Assembly: GCF_011386835.1 (NCBI RefSeq)
Contig: NC_088794.1
Coordinates: forward strand, 4,836,001-4,900,000
DNA length: 64,000 nucleotides
Origin: Chrysemys picta bellii
Taxonomy: Eukaryota
Reading direction: 5' to 3'
The position numbers and the translations under genes were made by a program. Below are positions 46,020 to 60,625 of the stretch, piece by piece; position 1 is the first letter of the stretch; every line of letters begins with the position of its first letter. The notes beneath the pieces are model-generated. The model did not search any database, was not told where the DNA came from, and saw nothing but the letters and a program-made list of their open reading frames with translations.

Positions 46020-47864
46020 CATAGCTTTGCCCACCACTGGACAGAAGGGGGAATTGAACCTGGACCTCCCACCTCACAGGTGAAGACCCCAACTATTGGG
46101 CTAAAAATTACAAAGGGAAGGACCATCACCACCTCTTACGGTGACCATCTTGCGACCAACACCTAAATCATCCCCGTGCACACACACATTGTTCTGGGAC
46201 AAAGCTATTAGGAGTATTTCTAACGTATTTGTGAGTAGTTTCAGGTCAGTCCAAACGGTATTTTTTTTTACAAGAAATTATTAATGCAGAAGAAATTCAT
46301 CCATTTCTAGTCACCTTTGTGTCCCAATGCTGGGAAATACTTAAGGAGACATTTGGAGAGGTGACCAACAAATAAAGGCTGTGACTGCCGGGGACAGATG
46401 TCCCTCCTTCCCAGCCCCAGCTCGGTGGCTGCCGTGGTGCAGGAGAGAGACAGCTCTCCCCAAACAAAGGCTAAAAAGTAATGGAAATCACTTCTCTTGA
46501 CAAGTGAATTCCATTATGTTTTAGCATTTATTTGGGGAGAGGTATTGGAAACCATTAAGGCCAATTCTTTGCTATCTGGTATAGTTTTGGCTTTTCACAG
46601 TATTCCCATTGACTCTTAAGTAGCAAGCAGCACTAGGTTTGGTGGAGGTACTAGGTGTTTTGTAGGATAAAGACCTTATTTGCAAGCTCTTTGAAATTGG
46701 GATCTCTCTGCAAACTCCAAAGCCATGTGTTAATGTCCTGCAGGGCGTGTAAAAACGTAATGAGTCCGTCTACTCCAAGTTTTTAACTTGGTGACACACA
46801 CAATGTGAAACCAGGAGAACTTCACCTGTTTCTACAGGGCTCTGTTACACTTGCACTGAGTGGGTCCTAAACACTCTTTTAAAATACCCATCATCAACCA
46901 CTTGATGTTTTACTTCCCTTCATATTTTCACTGTTGTCACTTATTTGTTTGTGGCTTTGTTTTGCTGTCTGTGTCGCTTCATTACTTATTTTTACTGTTC
47001 TGTGTGTGTGAAGTATTAATCAAATTAAGAGTTGAGATTCCAGAGAAATTGTATAATCCCGAGTGAATGCCTTTTACTCTCCTTTCCAGTATCAGAAACT
47101 ATTGTATTAATATTGGCAGTGAGAGCATTTCTAGTTGACTCAGACATTTATTTAGCATCTTAAAGCTGAGCTCTGTGTGCAGATAATATGTATGCAAGGG
47201 GGATAGTTTTGTGAAGTCCGTAGCATGCTAGTGTTCTCGCAGATGCTTCGTTTTTGAGAGCAGTTTCCCCTGAAGATATTGTGGTCTATGGTAGGAGTAG
47301 GTTATTTAATTGGGCCTCTGGTGTATATTTGTATGCTTTCACTTAATGACCATAATGACTTTGATTTATTTATATACCTGTTTTCAGTACGCCACATTTG
47401 ACTGTGTTTACTAGCTTGAGTTGTTAGAAAGGATGATAAAATACATGTACTCCAAGGGCAGTGTTGATTTTCTTTTCATATTCAATAAGCATCTTAAAAC
47501 AAGGGATAGTTAACAAGATGCACTGCTTAACATTCTTTTTTCTTCTTCCTCCATACCTATGAACATTTCAAAATATACATTATATCTAGGTTTAGTATGC
47601 ACAATAAATGGCCTCAATATTGGTGCTGCACATAACAACATTCAATCTGCACATGCATGGAAAAAATTAGAGGGAACATTGGTCATTTCCAGCTTTACAG
47701 AGAAGCACCAAATTAACAATGGAGGGCAGATGGCTGTGGTCTCCTCCTGAGCTCCTCTGGTCATCATGTGGTCTCCATCGAGCACAATGCGTGAACCTAT
47801 CCTTCCTACTTTGGGGAGTAACCTAGCAAGGGAAGAACATAGGATACCATGGTGATTGGCGTGC

Positions 47865-47912
<48 letters not shown>
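47865..47912 (+). repeat. (GATA)12 microsatellite
   Basis: Direct count. Confidence 0.95.
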
Positions 47913-47915
<3 letters not shown>

Positions 47916-49442
47916 GATGTGTAGTACTCTTACAGGTCTTACAGGTTTTACATTCCACCTATTGGGGCCAGGACAATGAGGTGATTCTGAAACAATTAGT
48001 ATGTTTCAGCTTTATCTAACCTTATGTTCCTTTGCTTCCAAACTTGTTTCTCAGGTTGATTGAAATTTTAACTAGAGAAGGTTTTTGGATGGGAAATTGG
48101 ATTTTCCATTCAACAATTTTTTTCGTGAAATTATCTTTTCCCTGGAAATTATCAGATTTCCATCAAAAAAGCCAAACTCCCCTCCTCTCCAAACCATGGC
48201 TGTGGGACTCTGGTGAAGTCCCAGGGCAGTTCAGCAAGAGGAGAGACCATCATGCCTCATGGGGGATATAGTCCAGCCTGGGAGCCTGGCCCATGGAAGA
48301 GATTGGTGCTGTGTGGTATTAGATGCAACCCAGTGGTATTTCCAAGCCGAAATGTTAAGTTTTCAGCCAAAAGCTTTCAGTCTCCACAAACAAACCCCCT
48401 TTGTGGATCAGCTCTACGCAGTACCCAACTTGCACTGAAAACAGCAGGATGAAATCTATCCCTAACCTCATACTCCGGAACTCTGGTAGAAATTGCATCA
48501 TGTAATAACACAGTTGGAAAGAGTGGGCCAAATTAATCCCCGGAGCATGAGTTACACCAAGGGTGGCTTTGGTTCACTGAACACATTTATTAGGTTCTGT
48601 TTCTCTCTGAGCTCAGGAATTCCCAGTTGCTTCAGGGATCATGTCCCATAGATCACAAATCTCAGTATGAAACTTCCCGAATGCGACAAACTGGCAGTTT
48701 CTGTCGATGAGGAAACACCAACACATCTCTCTCTCCCTTCTAAGCAGGTACGTGCAATTGTCCAGTATCAGAGTCAGACAAACACGCAGACATTTGGTGA
48801 TCAGCAGGTATTGAATTCACGACCGCCAGCACTAAAAGCCTCAGCCCCAACTCCTACCACTTCAGCTAAAGGAGCGACCTCCTTGCTTGGAAAAAATAGG
48901 CAATTACATAGTCACTGAAGCCAGTGCTTTCCACTATGTCTCTGGGTTTTCATACAGGCTAAAGTAAATGCCAAAAATCTTAATTAGCACAGTAAGGAAG
49001 TGTTACCCCAAACCGACATGTCAAGCCACAGAGCTCACCCTGCCCAAAGAGGGTAGAAAGATTGACACTCCTTTGATCTCACCCCTTCTCTAGCTAACAA
49101 ATAATCTCTTCAGAGTGAGATGATTTTCACCCTGATACTCATACAGCAGAGACAAAAGTCACATCTTGCTGCTCGGATTAGTAAACAGGAGTGTTAGTGT
49201 GTGGGGAATGATTAACCTGTGTGTCATTGTATTTATGCAGTTTGTATTTTATTGAACAACTGGAATGAGCAGCTGTGAACATCTGGCTCTGTGGATTAAG
49301 CCCTTCCCTGAGTGGGTACCTATGTCCATTAAGAAACTGATCTCCATTTATCATCACTTACTTCACTACAGAGAGGAGACAGGTTTTTCGCACCATCCAC
49401 CTGCCCACATCTCTGTAGCTGCCTGATCTCTGTTCAGAGGAG

Positions 49443-50381
49443 ATGGAAAAGGGAAATCACTCGGAGGCGACTGAGTTCATTCTCTCAGGACTGACAGATC
49501 GTCCGGAGCTGCAGGTTCCCCTGTTTGTGCTGTTCCTACTGATTTATGGTGTCACCCTGGTGGGGAATGGGGGGATGATCTTGTTAATCACGATTGACCC
49601 ACGACTCCACACCCCCATGTACTTTTTCCTCAGTAATTTGTCTTTCTGTGACCTCTGCTTTTCCTCGATGATTTCCCCTAAGATGCTGCTGAATTTCTTA
49701 GCCGAGAAGAAAAGCATTTCTTACACTGCCTGCACTGTGCAAATGTATCTCTTTCTCTCTTTTGCAGATGTTGAGTGCCTGTTGCTGGCTGTGATGGCAT
49801 ATGACCGTTATGTGGCCATCTGTAACCCGCTGCTCTATACGGTCACCATGTCCAGGCAGCTTTGTAAAGGGCTGGTGGCCGGGGTATATGCTGTGGGCGT
49901 GGTAGATTCAATGATACACACATTTTGTACACTTCATTTGTCATTCTGCAGCTCCAACATCATCAATCATTTCTTCTGTGATATCACCCAATTGCTGGTG
50001 CTTTCCTGCTCTGACACCCGCATCAATGAGATTGTGATGTTTGCCTTCGTTGGCTGTATTGTAGTGAGCAGCCTTGTCACTGTCCTCCTCTCCTATGTCT
50101 ATATCATCTCCACCATCCTGCAGATCCGCTCTGCCGAGGGTCGACACAAAGCCTTCTCCACCTGCACTTTCCACTTGATCGCTGTGGTCCTGTTTTATGG
50201 CATCCAACTTTTCATGTGTTTACGTCCCACCTCCAGCTATTCCATGGACACAGATAAAGTGGCCTCAGTGTTTTACATGCTGGTGATCCCCATGTTGAAC
50301 CCCCTCATCTACAGCCTGAGGAACACGGAGGTGAAGGACGCCCTGAGGAAAGCAATGAAGAAACTCCTAACCAATTCCTGA
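49443..50381 (+). CDS. Olfactory receptor, class II, 312 aa (OR#7, divergent subtype)
   Basis: Intact ORF; close paralog of OR#4. Confidence 0.96.
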   Translation: MEKGNHSEATEFILSGLTDRPELQVPLFVLFLLIYGVTLVGNGGMILLITIDPRLHTPMYFFLSNLSFCDLCFSSMISPKMLLNFLAEKKSISYTACTVQMYLFLSFADVECLLLAVMAYDRYVAICNPLLYTVTMSRQLCKGLVAGVYAVGVVDSMIHTFCTLHLSFCSSNIINHFFCDITQLLVLSCSDTRINEIVMFAFVGCIVVSSLVTVLLSYVYIISTILQIRSAEGRHKAFSTCTFHLIAVVLFYGIQLFMCLRPTSSYSMDTDKVASVFYMLVIPMLNPLIYSLRNTEVKDALRKAMKKLLTNS

Positions 50382-53080
50382 AACTGTTTAACTTAGTACT
50401 CGTTTAGTGATGGGGAGTGGAAACAGGTGAATTCAATTCCCAGCCCATTGCAATGTAATTTCACAGAACCCGTAATAGTATTGTTCATTAATGTATTCTT
50501 GTTATTATTAGTTTGTTTGTATTCCAACAAGGCCTGAAGTCCCCAACTAAGATCGGGGCTTTATTGGGGTATTGCCTCAGCAAAATTCCTTGAGCCACCT
50601 GTTGCACATGTGTGAATATCTGTGATGTGCTTTGAACGCACAGAGCTGTTTGTATTGGGAAGGAAGTGGGGGGCATCAAATCTATCTCCCTCTGCTTTGT
50701 CGTGGGTTTAGTTTCGTTATGCAGTTGCAAGTATGAAGTGTGGGATTTCTATGGCTGAACCAAAGGGAGTTTTGCACACCCTCCTGATACTCTGCAGCCC
50801 TTTATGTCCCCTATGGGGTTGTTGTAGAGATTGTCACCTGGTTTGTATCCATGCATGTGGAGGAGAAAGCTGATTTCCATCACAATGGCCTTTATTTTAA
50901 GTTAAGGGACCAACAAAACAAATAAGAACAAGGGTAACATTTCCAAAAGAGAGCATGGTGTGTGTGCGCGTCCTCTGTGAGAATCTGCACTGAACTGAAT
51001 ACAAAATAATCTGGAAAGGGTGAGTTTTCTCTACCATATAAATAAAACAGAAAGAAAAAGTCATATCAGACACTAGACGTTTATACCACGTGAGCAGGTT
51101 AGCTGTGAGTTCTTACTCTTCGTTCTGTTGGAAAGTATTATGGACTCTGAATAATAGGGGTTATGGGAATTGTACAGCTCTGGTTACGGTGAGTGAGAAA
51201 TGGAAAGAGCTGGGCCAATAGCTGATTTTCGAGTTCATGGGGGGTTACAAAAAATTGAAAAACAAATTCAGTTCAACCTGAAACAAATCTGAAAATTCCC
51301 TAAATGCTTGGCAAATATAAAACATTGACAAAAATTTCCTTTGGGGTCGAAGGAAATATTTAGCATGACCAGAAATGGAACATTTCCTTTCCTTCCTGGA
51401 TACTTTTCGAAGTAAAAGCAGAGATAATGTAGGGCCAGAATGACGAAATGGATGGAAGAGGCGGTAATGGCGCTGTTTCCTTTGTAGACTTTAACCCAGT
51501 GATTAGATCTCTCCCGCGGGATGTTGGAGATCCAGGTCAATCCCACCTCTGTCTGATGGGGAGACGCCATTTGAAAGTGGGTCTCCCACATTGCCGTCAA
51601 TGCCCTGGCGACTCGGTCCTATTCTGTCCTGCATCGTTCTCAGGACTGCTCTATGCTACTGCTGTAAGTTGATCTCAGTTACGCTACTTCAAGTTGACTA
51701 AGTTGGTCTGACTTACAGAGGTGTCCACACCGCGCTATGTCACCGGGAGAGTTATGTAACTGAAGTAGTGTAACATAGATCAGCCGACAGCGTTAGTGTA
51801 GCCCGGCCCTGAGGAAGATCCATAATGGAACATAGTCTCTGAAAGAGGTGGAGTACAGACTTCTGCAGGTGAGACCTCTCCCATTAACTTAACATGTCTT
51901 CCCCAGACTTACTCGATCAACACCATTTCATCTATCGCAGTAGTCCCGACTTAGCCAGTAGCATAGATATGGCCTCATTCTCTCCCATTGAAGCTGTTGC
52001 ATTTTGGATAAAACACAGGAAGAATCACAGGGCCAGAAAGAGAGAATGACTCTGTAGACTGGTAGTTTGGGGCAATGACATGCTCAACTTCATGTCTCTG
52101 TTCCAAGGATTATTTAATTTGTTATCCACCGTAGAACAACTTTGAAAGGAGAGATCGAGAGGAACCCAGATTGGAATAGCACACCACTCAGTGGCTGGGA
52201 TGCTTTCTGGAAATACAGGAAACCCAAGTGCACATCTTTGCCCGGAACTCGACAGAAGGAGGAATTGAACTAGGAACTCCCACCTCAGAGGTGAACACCC
52301 CAACTATTGAGCTAAAAATTACAAAGAGAGGGAGCATCACCACCTCCTACCCGTGGCTGCTTTGCTACCCGCACCTAAATCCTCCCCCCCACACACACAC
52401 ACACGCATTGTTTTGGGAAAAGGCTATTTGTAGACTTTGTAACACATTTGTGAAGAGTTTCAGGTCAACCCCAACTGCATTGTTTTTCGAAATAAATTAT
52501 TAGTCCAGAAGAAATTTACCCACTTCTACACATTTTCATGTCCCAATGCTGGGAAATTACTTAAAGAGACTTTTGGAGAGGTGACCGACACATGAAGTGG
52601 AATACATTCACCTCAGTTTTGTATCATATTCAAAAGACCTCATGGGCGAGATATTGATCCAGACCAGCTGCTGCTCTGTCCCTCTGTGTTCCATTTCCAC
52701 AGGGAGAGACACGGCAACAACATTGCATGTGCTTTGCACACCTGTTGTCCTGGGAGCAAAGATGCTTCAGGGAACAAATCTCAAAGTCATCCCAGGAAGC
52801 AGCTCCAGCGGTATTAAGGGTAATGTGGGTGGGGTTAGCAAACAGGGAAAGATTGAACTCTAAGTCTGATTTTAGGGTTCTAGGCAGGTACTGCTACTGT
52901 CCTCAACTAACTGTAAGTGAAGGGAGGAAAAACAAAGAGGTACCACCATGTCATGTGTGTGCATGTGGTGGGGGGTACAGTGGAGCTGTATGTCAAGTAT
53001 AGGCAGGTTTGTGTCCCTTGCCCTACCCAGTGCTCAAACAAGCATCCCCCCTCCTCCCAGTGCAGGGTTCCCTCTGAGAC

Positions 53081-53345
53081 CATCGATTAATAGGACTGGA
53101 GGGGACCTTGAGAGGTCATCTATTCCAGTCCTCTGTACTCATGGCAGGACTAAGTATTACTTAGACCATCCCTGATGGGTGTTTGTCTAACCTGCTGTTA
53201 AAAATCTCCAACGGTGGAGATTCCACAACCTTCCTGGGCAAGTTATTCCAGTGCTTAGCCACCCTCACTCTTGGGATGTTTTTCCTAATGTCCAACCTAA
53301 AGCACCCTTGCTGCAATTGAAGTCCATCAGTTCTTGTCCTATCCT
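53081..53345 (-). mobile_element. CR1 LINE 3' fragment
   Basis: The ORF-track peptide GLQLQQGCFRLDIRKNIPRVRVAKHWNNLPRKVVESPPLEIFNSRLDKHPSGMV is the CR1 ORF2 C-terminus. Confidence 0.85.
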
Positions 53346-53455
53346 TTCCCCCCCATCCCCGCCCCCATTGCTTTGCAGTTTTACTCCTAAACTCTGTTTG
53401 AAGGACTATAAATTCTAGGAAATAAATAAAATTAACAAAAGAATTGGGAGGGAGC

Positions 53456-54373
53456 TGTGACATACCAGGGTCCAACCCAGACTAAGCAACAGCTGTGTCA
53501 CCTGCAACCTTGCAATGCCTTGCTGAAGTGGCTTCCAACTGGTCCACAAAGAAACAAATCACACCCTGAGCATGTGTGTGTAACTGCAGTCTGGGCAGGA
53601 ATAGTTGGGTTACACTCAGGCTCTCACCACCCTTGGTTATACTGCAGGGTGACCCCAACACCCTCCCCAGTCTTTGATTTCCCTCCCGAAATGTACATCC
53701 TGTGCTGCCCAGTCCTCTCCTGGACAATACAAGTTACATTGTCCGTTATTTCCTTAGTAGCACTAATATCCATGCAACTTAGTTTCTCAGACACTTTTAT
53801 TTAAACACACTGGATTAGATACAACAATAAAGCAAAGTTTATTGACTACAAAAATAGATTTTAATTGAGTACAGATAAGGAGGCATAGAAGTCAGACATG
53901 GCTACAAGAAAAATAAAGTTAGAATTCAACTTGTACTTAAGTTAGCAAATGATGTGAAATTCAAAGCAAATGTTTCCTCACCACATGCTTTCAGCAGTCT
54001 TATTAACCAAACTTCTTAGAGCAGGACCCCTCCATAGTCCAATGGCTGCTTCATTTATCCCTTCAAATGCAATGTATCAATGTGCAGACAGAGAGCGAGA
54101 GAGAGAGAGAGAGAGAGAGGTGTGCCTTGGGATTTCTGACCCCTTCTTTTTAGAGTCCTATCCCCCCTTTGAGAACCATTTCTACCTGGGTACCGGAAGT
54201 CAAAATCTCTATGTAGAAGGATGTTCCCTGCTGTTTCTCCTCACCTTTTTGGGCTTCGTTTGTTTCTCTATTCTATACCCTTTTCCATTTCTATGTTTGA
54301 GAAAGACCAGTTTGCCAGCCTCAGGTTGGAACATGTATTAATAACATGATAAGTGCAATCTTATCACTTAACA
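53456..54373. mobile_element. Solo LTR family C (more diverged copy, no Tigger insertion after it)
   Basis: TGTGACATACC...CACTTAACA termini. Confidence 0.7.
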
Positions 54374-56133
54374 TACATTATCAAAAATATTGTATTAATA
54401 TTTGCGATGAGAGCATGACTATTTCTAGTTAACTCATAGCTTTATTTAGCATCTTAAAGCTGAGCTCTGAGTGCAGATAATATGCATGCAAAAGGGATAG
54501 TTTTGTGAACTGCAGAAGTCCATAGCATGCTGTGGTCTCCTCCTGAGCTCCTCTGCTGATCATGTGGTCTCCATCAAGCACAATGAGTGAACCTATCTTT
54601 TGTATTTTGGGGAGTAACCTAGCAATGGAAGGACATAGGATACCATGGTGATTGGCGTGGTATAAATAACTAGATAATCTGGAGTACTCTTATATATCTT
54701 ACAAGTTTTACATTCCACCTGTTGGGGCCAGGATTATGAGGTGATTCTGAAACTAGGAATGACTAAGAAGATATCAGCTACAGTTGCAAACAATTAGTAT
54801 CTCTCACCTGCTTCTAACTTTCTGTTCCTTTGATTCCAAATTGGTTGCTAAGGCTGGTGGAAAATTTTTCTTGAGAAGTTTTTTTTTCAGGGGAAATCGG
54901 ATTTTCCATTTAACTATTTTTTCCATTAAATTATCTGTTCCCTGGAAATTATAAGGTTTTTATCAAAAAAGTCAAACTCTGTCACTCCTAAACCATGGCT
55001 GTGGGACTCTGGTGATGTTCCAGGGCATTCAGCAAGAGGAGAGACCATCATGCATCATGGGGGATATAGTCCAGCCTGGGAGCCTCTCCCATGGTGGTGT
55101 GTGGTATGTGATGCAACCCCGTGGTATTTTGAAGCAGAAATATTATGTTTTTAGCAAAAAGATTTTGGTGACCACAAGCAAACCGCCTTTGTGGATCAGC
55201 TCTACGCAGCACTCAGCTTGCATTGAAAACAGCAGGATGAAATATACCCCTAACCTCATACTCTGTAACTCTGGTAGAAATTGCACATTAATAACACAGT
55301 AGAAAAGAGTAGGTCAAATTAATCCCCAGGGCATGAATTACACTGAGGGCGGCTTTGGTTCACTGAACTCATTAATTAGGTGTTGTGTCTCTCTGAGCTC
55401 AGGTATTCCCAGTTGCTTCAGGAATCATGTCCCATAGATCACACATCTCAGTATAAAACTTCCCGAATGCTCCAAACTGGCAGTTTCTGTCGATGGGGAA
55501 ACACCACCACGTCGCTCTCTCTCTTCTCAACAGGTATGTGCGATTGTCCTGAATTACAGTCACACACACACATACACACACAGACACCATGGTTATCAAC
55601 AGGTATTGAATTCAAGACCTCCGGCACTAAAAGCCTCAGCCCCAACTCGTACCCCTTCAGCTAAAGGAGTGACCTCCTTGCTTGGAAAAAATAGGCAATT
55701 ACATAGTCACCAAAGCCAGTGCTTTCCATTATGTCTCTGGGTTTTCATACAGGCTAAAGTAAATACCCAAAAGTTTAATTAGCACAGTAAGCAACTTTAC
55801 CCCAAACCGACATGCCAAGCCACAGAGCTCACCTTGTCCAAATAGGGTAGAAAGATTGATACTCCTTTACTCTCACCCCTTCTTTAGCTAACAAATAATC
55901 TCTTCAGACTGAGACGATTTTCACCCTTTCACTCTCTTACAGCAGAGTCACAAGTCACTGTTTGCTGCTCGGATTAGTGAACAGGAGTCTTCGTATGCGG
56001 GGCATGATTAACCTGTGTGTCAGTGTATTTACACTGTGTGTATTTTATCATACAACTGGAATGACCAGCTGTGAACATCCGCACCATCCACCTGCCCACA
56101 TCTCTGTAGCTGCCAGATCTCTGTTCAGAGGAG

Positions 56134-57072
56134 ATGGAAAAGGGAAATCACTCAGAGGCGACTGAGTTCATTCTCTCAGGACTGACAGATCGTCCGGAGC
56201 TGCAGGTCCCCCTGTTTGGTGTGTTCCTAGTGGTTTATGGTATCACCCTGGTGGGGAATGGGGGGATGATCTTCTTAATCACCATTGATCCCCGACTCCA
56301 CACCCCCATGTACTTTTTCCTCAGTAATTTGTCTTTCTGTGATCTCTGCTATTCCTCGATAATTTCCCCTAAGATGCTGCAAAATTTCTTAGCCGAGAGG
56401 AAAAGCATTTCTTACACTGCCTGCGCTGTGCAACTATATCTCTCAATTGTTTTTGCAGATGTTGAGTGCCTGTTGCTGGCTGTGATGGCGTATGACCGTT
56501 ATGTGGCCATCTGTAACCCGCTGCTCTATACGGTCACCATGTCCAGGCAGCTTTGTAACCAACTAGTGGCTGGGGTGTACGCTGTGGGATTGATGGATTC
56601 AATGATACACACGTGTTTTACATTTCGGCTGTCATTCTGCAACTCCAACATCATCAATCATTTCTTCTGTGACATCCCCCCACTGCTGGCAATTTCCTGT
56701 TCTGACACCCGCATCAATGAGATTGTGATGTTTGTTTTTATGAGCTGCATTCTAGTGAGCAGCCTTGTCACTGTCCTCCTCTCCTATGGCTATATCATCT
56801 CCACCATCCTGCAGATCCGCTCCGCCGAGGGCTGGCGCAAAGCCTTCTCCACCTGCACTTTCCACTTGACTGCTGTAGCACTGTATTTTGGCACCCTCCT
56901 CTTCGTGTATTTACGTCCCACCTCCAGTTATTCCATGGACACAGACAAAGTAGCCTCAATGTTTTACATGGTGGTGATCCCCATGTTGAACCCCCTCATC
57001 TACAGCCTGAGGAACACGGAGGTGAAGGATGCCCTGAGGAGAGCAATGAATAAACTCCTAACCAATTCTTGA
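56134..57072 (+). CDS. Olfactory receptor, class II, 312 aa (OR#8)
   Basis: Intact ORF with canonical motifs. Confidence 0.97.
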   Translation: MEKGNHSEATEFILSGLTDRPELQVPLFGVFLVVYGITLVGNGGMIFLITIDPRLHTPMYFFLSNLSFCDLCYSSIISPKMLQNFLAERKSISYTACAVQLYLSIVFADVECLLLAVMAYDRYVAICNPLLYTVTMSRQLCNQLVAGVYAVGLMDSMIHTCFTFRLSFCNSNIINHFFCDIPPLLAISCSDTRINEIVMFVFMSCILVSSLVTVLLSYGYIISTILQIRSAEGWRKAFSTCTFHLTAVALYFGTLLFVYLRPTSSYSMDTDKVASMFYMVVIPMLNPLIYSLRNTEVKDALRRAMNKLLTNS

Positions 57073-57327
57073 ATCTGTTTAACTCTTTACTCATTTAGTG
57101 ATGGGGAGTGGAAACAGGTGAATTCAATTCCCAGCCCATTGCAATGTAATTTTGCAGAGCCCGTGGGAATATTGTTCATTATTGTATTGTTATTATTTTT
57201 AATTTGTTTGTATTCCAACAAGGTCTGCAGGCCCCAAATGAGATCAGTGGACAAAATACGGGAAGAATCACAGGTCCAGAAAGAGAGATTGATTCTATAA
57301 GGTGGTGGCTAGGGGCACCCACCTGGA

Positions 57328-57450
57328 TAGGGTGACCAGACAGCAAGTGTGAAAAATCGGGACGGGGGTGTGGGGTAATAGGAGCCTATATAACAGAAAG
57401 GCCCAAATATCGGGACTGTCCCTATAAAATCGGGACATCTGGTCACCCTG
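57328..57450. mobile_element. 123-bp hAT MITE
   Basis: TIR TAGGGTGACCAGA/TCTGGTCACCCTG; perfect 8-bp TSD CACCTGGA; empty in the paralogous 3' flanks (e.g. about 13757). Confidence 0.9.
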
Positions 57451-57620
57451 CACCTGGAGGGTGAGATGCTCAACTTCACGTCTCTGTTCCAAGGGTCATT
57501 TAATTATTATCCACAATAGAACAACTTTGAAAGGAGAGATTGAGAGCAACCCAGACTGGAATTGCACATCACTCAGGGGCTGGGATGCTGTCTGGAAATG
57601 CAGGAAACCCAAGTGCAGAG

Positions 57621-58786
57621 TGTGATGGGTTCGGTCACAGAGACCCCCATTGGGACTGTCAACTGATGTGCTGAAATTACCTCTGATCACATTTTCCCTG
57701 CCAGCCTGGGCCTCCAGAACCCTGCCTTGTTGAGCCAGACATGCTAGCCTGCTGCAGCACAGACCCAGGGTCTCGGCCACGACCCCAAAGCTGCAGATCT
57801 AGACTGAAACCAGCCCAGCAGGATACCTGTCTCCGGCACGCAGACATCCAGCTCCCAACGGGATCTGAACCCCAAATAAATCCGTTTTACTCTGTATAAA
57901 GCTTATGCAGGGTAACATGATAAATGTTCACCATCTATATCACTGCAAGAGAGATATGTACAGCTGTTTGCCCCCCAAGGTAACAATTACTGAGACTGAG
58001 TTTATAAATAAACAAACGTGATTTTATTAAGTATAAAAAGAAGCATTTAAGTGGTTTTCAGTAGTAACAGACAGAACAAAGTAAATCACAAAGTAAAATA
58101 AAGCAAAACACGCAAGTCTAAGCTTAATACACTCAGAAATCAGTTACTAATGTTAACTTCTCACCCCAGTTGTTACTTCAGGTAAAATCCTTCTCAGGTC
58201 AGATAGAAAAGGCTGGACTCAGGTCAGAAAAGGTCACCCACCCCTGTGGTTACAGTCCTTTTTTTCCCCAGGTGCTTGCAGGTATCTCTCTGGGGTAGGG
58301 AGACCATCTCTTCAGCCAGCTGAAGACACTCATTGTTTGCTTCTCCCACTTTATATAGAACTTCCTTAAGGTGGAAAACCTTTGTTTGGAACCCCCCCCC
58401 CCCCGGAAAAGTACCAGATTCAAGATAGATTTCAGTATCAGGTGACATGGTCACATGTCACTGTAAGACCCCTGTCTCCATTGTTCCTGAGTTGGCCCAC
58501 ATGTACACAGGAAGGCTTGCAGGTAAACAGCCATTCACAGTTCATTGTTTCTGAAGCACCCTTAATGGCCTCCACTTAATATGTCTCCATCAGTGATACA
58601 AGTTTATATCTTATTCTCCTAACTCCAGATATTGAAATAGTCCATGTAAACAAATAGAATGAACACACTTAGTAGATTACGGTCTTTATAATGATATGTT
58701 ACATGGGGCACTTAGCATAAAGCATATTCCAATTTTGTCATATTCAGAAACATATTTTCGTAATGCATATGGAGTGCAGTGTCACA
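57621..58786 (-). mobile_element. Solo LTR family A
   Basis: TGTGATGGG...AGTGTCACA termini; flanks CAGAG/CATGG. Confidence 0.8.
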
Positions 58787-59764
58787 CATGGCTCTGCCCA
58801 GTACTGGACAGAAGGGGGAACTGAACCGGGCTCTCCCATCTCACAGGTTAACACCCCAACTACTGAGCTAAAAATTACAACGGGAAAGACCATCACTGCC
58901 TCCTACAGTGGCCATGTTGCAACCAGCACCTAAATCCTGCCCCCGCACACACACACTCTTCTGGGACAAAGCTATTAGGAGAATTTGTAACACATTTGTG
59001 AATAGTTTCAGGTCAATCCAAACGGTATTGTTTTTGACCATAAATTATTAGTCCTGAAGAAATTCACCCATTTCTGGACAGCTTTGTGTTCCAATGCTGG
59101 GAATTTACTTAAAGAGACATTTGGAGAGGTGACCAACAAATAAAGTGGAATACATTCACCTCAGTTTTGTATCATATTAAAAAGACCTCACGGGAGAGAC
59201 AGCGATCCAGACCAGCTGATGCTCTGGCCCTCTGTGTTCCATTTCCACAAGGAAAGACATGGCAAAAACATTAATTGCATGTGCTGTGCACACCTGTTGT
59301 CCTGGGAGCAAAGATGTTCCAGGGAGCAAATTTCAAAGTCATCAAAGCCAAATTTAACTTCTGCTGCCCAAGGAAGCAACTATAGAGGTTTTAAGGGTAA
59401 CGTCAGTGTGGTTAGCAAACAGGGGAAGACTCATCTCCAAGTCTGATTTTAGGGTTCTGAGCAGGTACTGGTTCCGTCCACAACTCATTGTAAGTGAAGG
59501 GAGGAAAAACAAAGAGGGACCACCAAGTTATGGGCAAGTTATGGGCAAGCAAGTCAGTTTCAGAGAATTTGGGCCTTTAATTGAAATGAAACATTCATTT
59601 GAGGGGAAGGAAGGAATTATCCTGAGAGGAGAAATGTCAACTTTTTTTAACATATTTACCTATCAAAAGCAGGAAAGAGCTTTACCAAAGGAGGGAGAAG
59701 AGTTATTGGAAAAGGAGAGACAAATAGCTTGAAGAGGAAGGGGGAAAACTCCCCCATCGATTCC

Positions 59765-60010
59765 GGGAATGTCTCTATTAAAGCCATTACATTGACTTAG
59801 CTATGGTCAATGGCAGCACCATAATGTAGATGCTTTCCACATTGATGGAAGGGTTTTTCCTTCGATGTAGTTAATCCACGTCTCCGAGAGGCAGTAGCTC
59901 GGGCAATGAAAGAATTACACTGAGGGTCAGCACAAGCTAACTGCCTCACACAGGGTGTGAAAAGTCCCCCCTCCCTCTGTTGATCTAATTTTTAAGCATA
60001 AACCAGGCCT
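59765..60010. mobile_element. Old Harbinger-like MITE (uninterrupted paralog of 38372-39105)
   Basis: GGGAATGTCTCTAT...GCATAAACCAGGCCT degenerate TIRs. Confidence 0.5.
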
Positions 60011-60361
60011 CAGAAAAGCTGTCAACCAAAAAGACCAGTTGGGAAATCCAGTCCTATCTCCCTGCCAGGGCAGCAGAATCCCCTTCGGTTGTTTTTGTTC
60101 AGGCTAGTTGGAAATATTCCAGCTGTCCCAGCTTCCCAGTAGAGATTATTCTGCATTCTGATTGAGCTCAGTGTCTGGCTGTGTGTGTGTAGTGGGCACT
60201 CTGTGTGTGTGTGTGTGTTTGGTGTGCAGTGGGCACTGTGTGTGTGGTGGGGGGTACAGTGGAGCTGAATCTCAAGTCTAGGCAGCTGTGTGTCTCTTGC
60301 CCTGCCCAGTGCTCAGGCTGGTGTCCCCCCTCCTCCCAGTGCAGGGCTCCTTGTCAGGTCA

Positions 60362-60625
60362 AAGAATCATAGGACTGGAAGGGACCTCGAGAGCTCATCT
60401 AGTCCAGTCCCCTGCACTCGTGGCAGGACTGAGTATTATCTAGACCATCCCTGACAGGTGTTTGTCCAACCTGCTCTTAAAAAATCTCCAATGGTGGAGA
60501 TTCCACAAACTTCCTGGGCAATTTATTCCAGTGCTTAACCACCCTCACTGTTGGGATGTTTTTCCTAATGTCCAACCTAAACCACCCTTGCTGCAATTGA
60601 AGTCCATCAGTTCTTGTCCTATCCT
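60362..60625 (-). mobile_element. CR1 LINE 3' fragment
   Basis: Paralog of 31361 and 53081; AGAATCATAG tail remnant. Confidence 0.8.

Larger units (their letters stand above)
39140..54373 (+). repeat. Segmental duplication, copy B (paralog of about 14171-32692)
   Basis: Collinear with copy A but lacks the Chapaev insertion and the 1.5-kb local duplication. Confidence 0.85.

Noticed and set aside
53161-53475. 104-aa ORF as a gene
   Set aside because: It is the CR1 ORF2 C-terminal remnant read in from flanking DNA.
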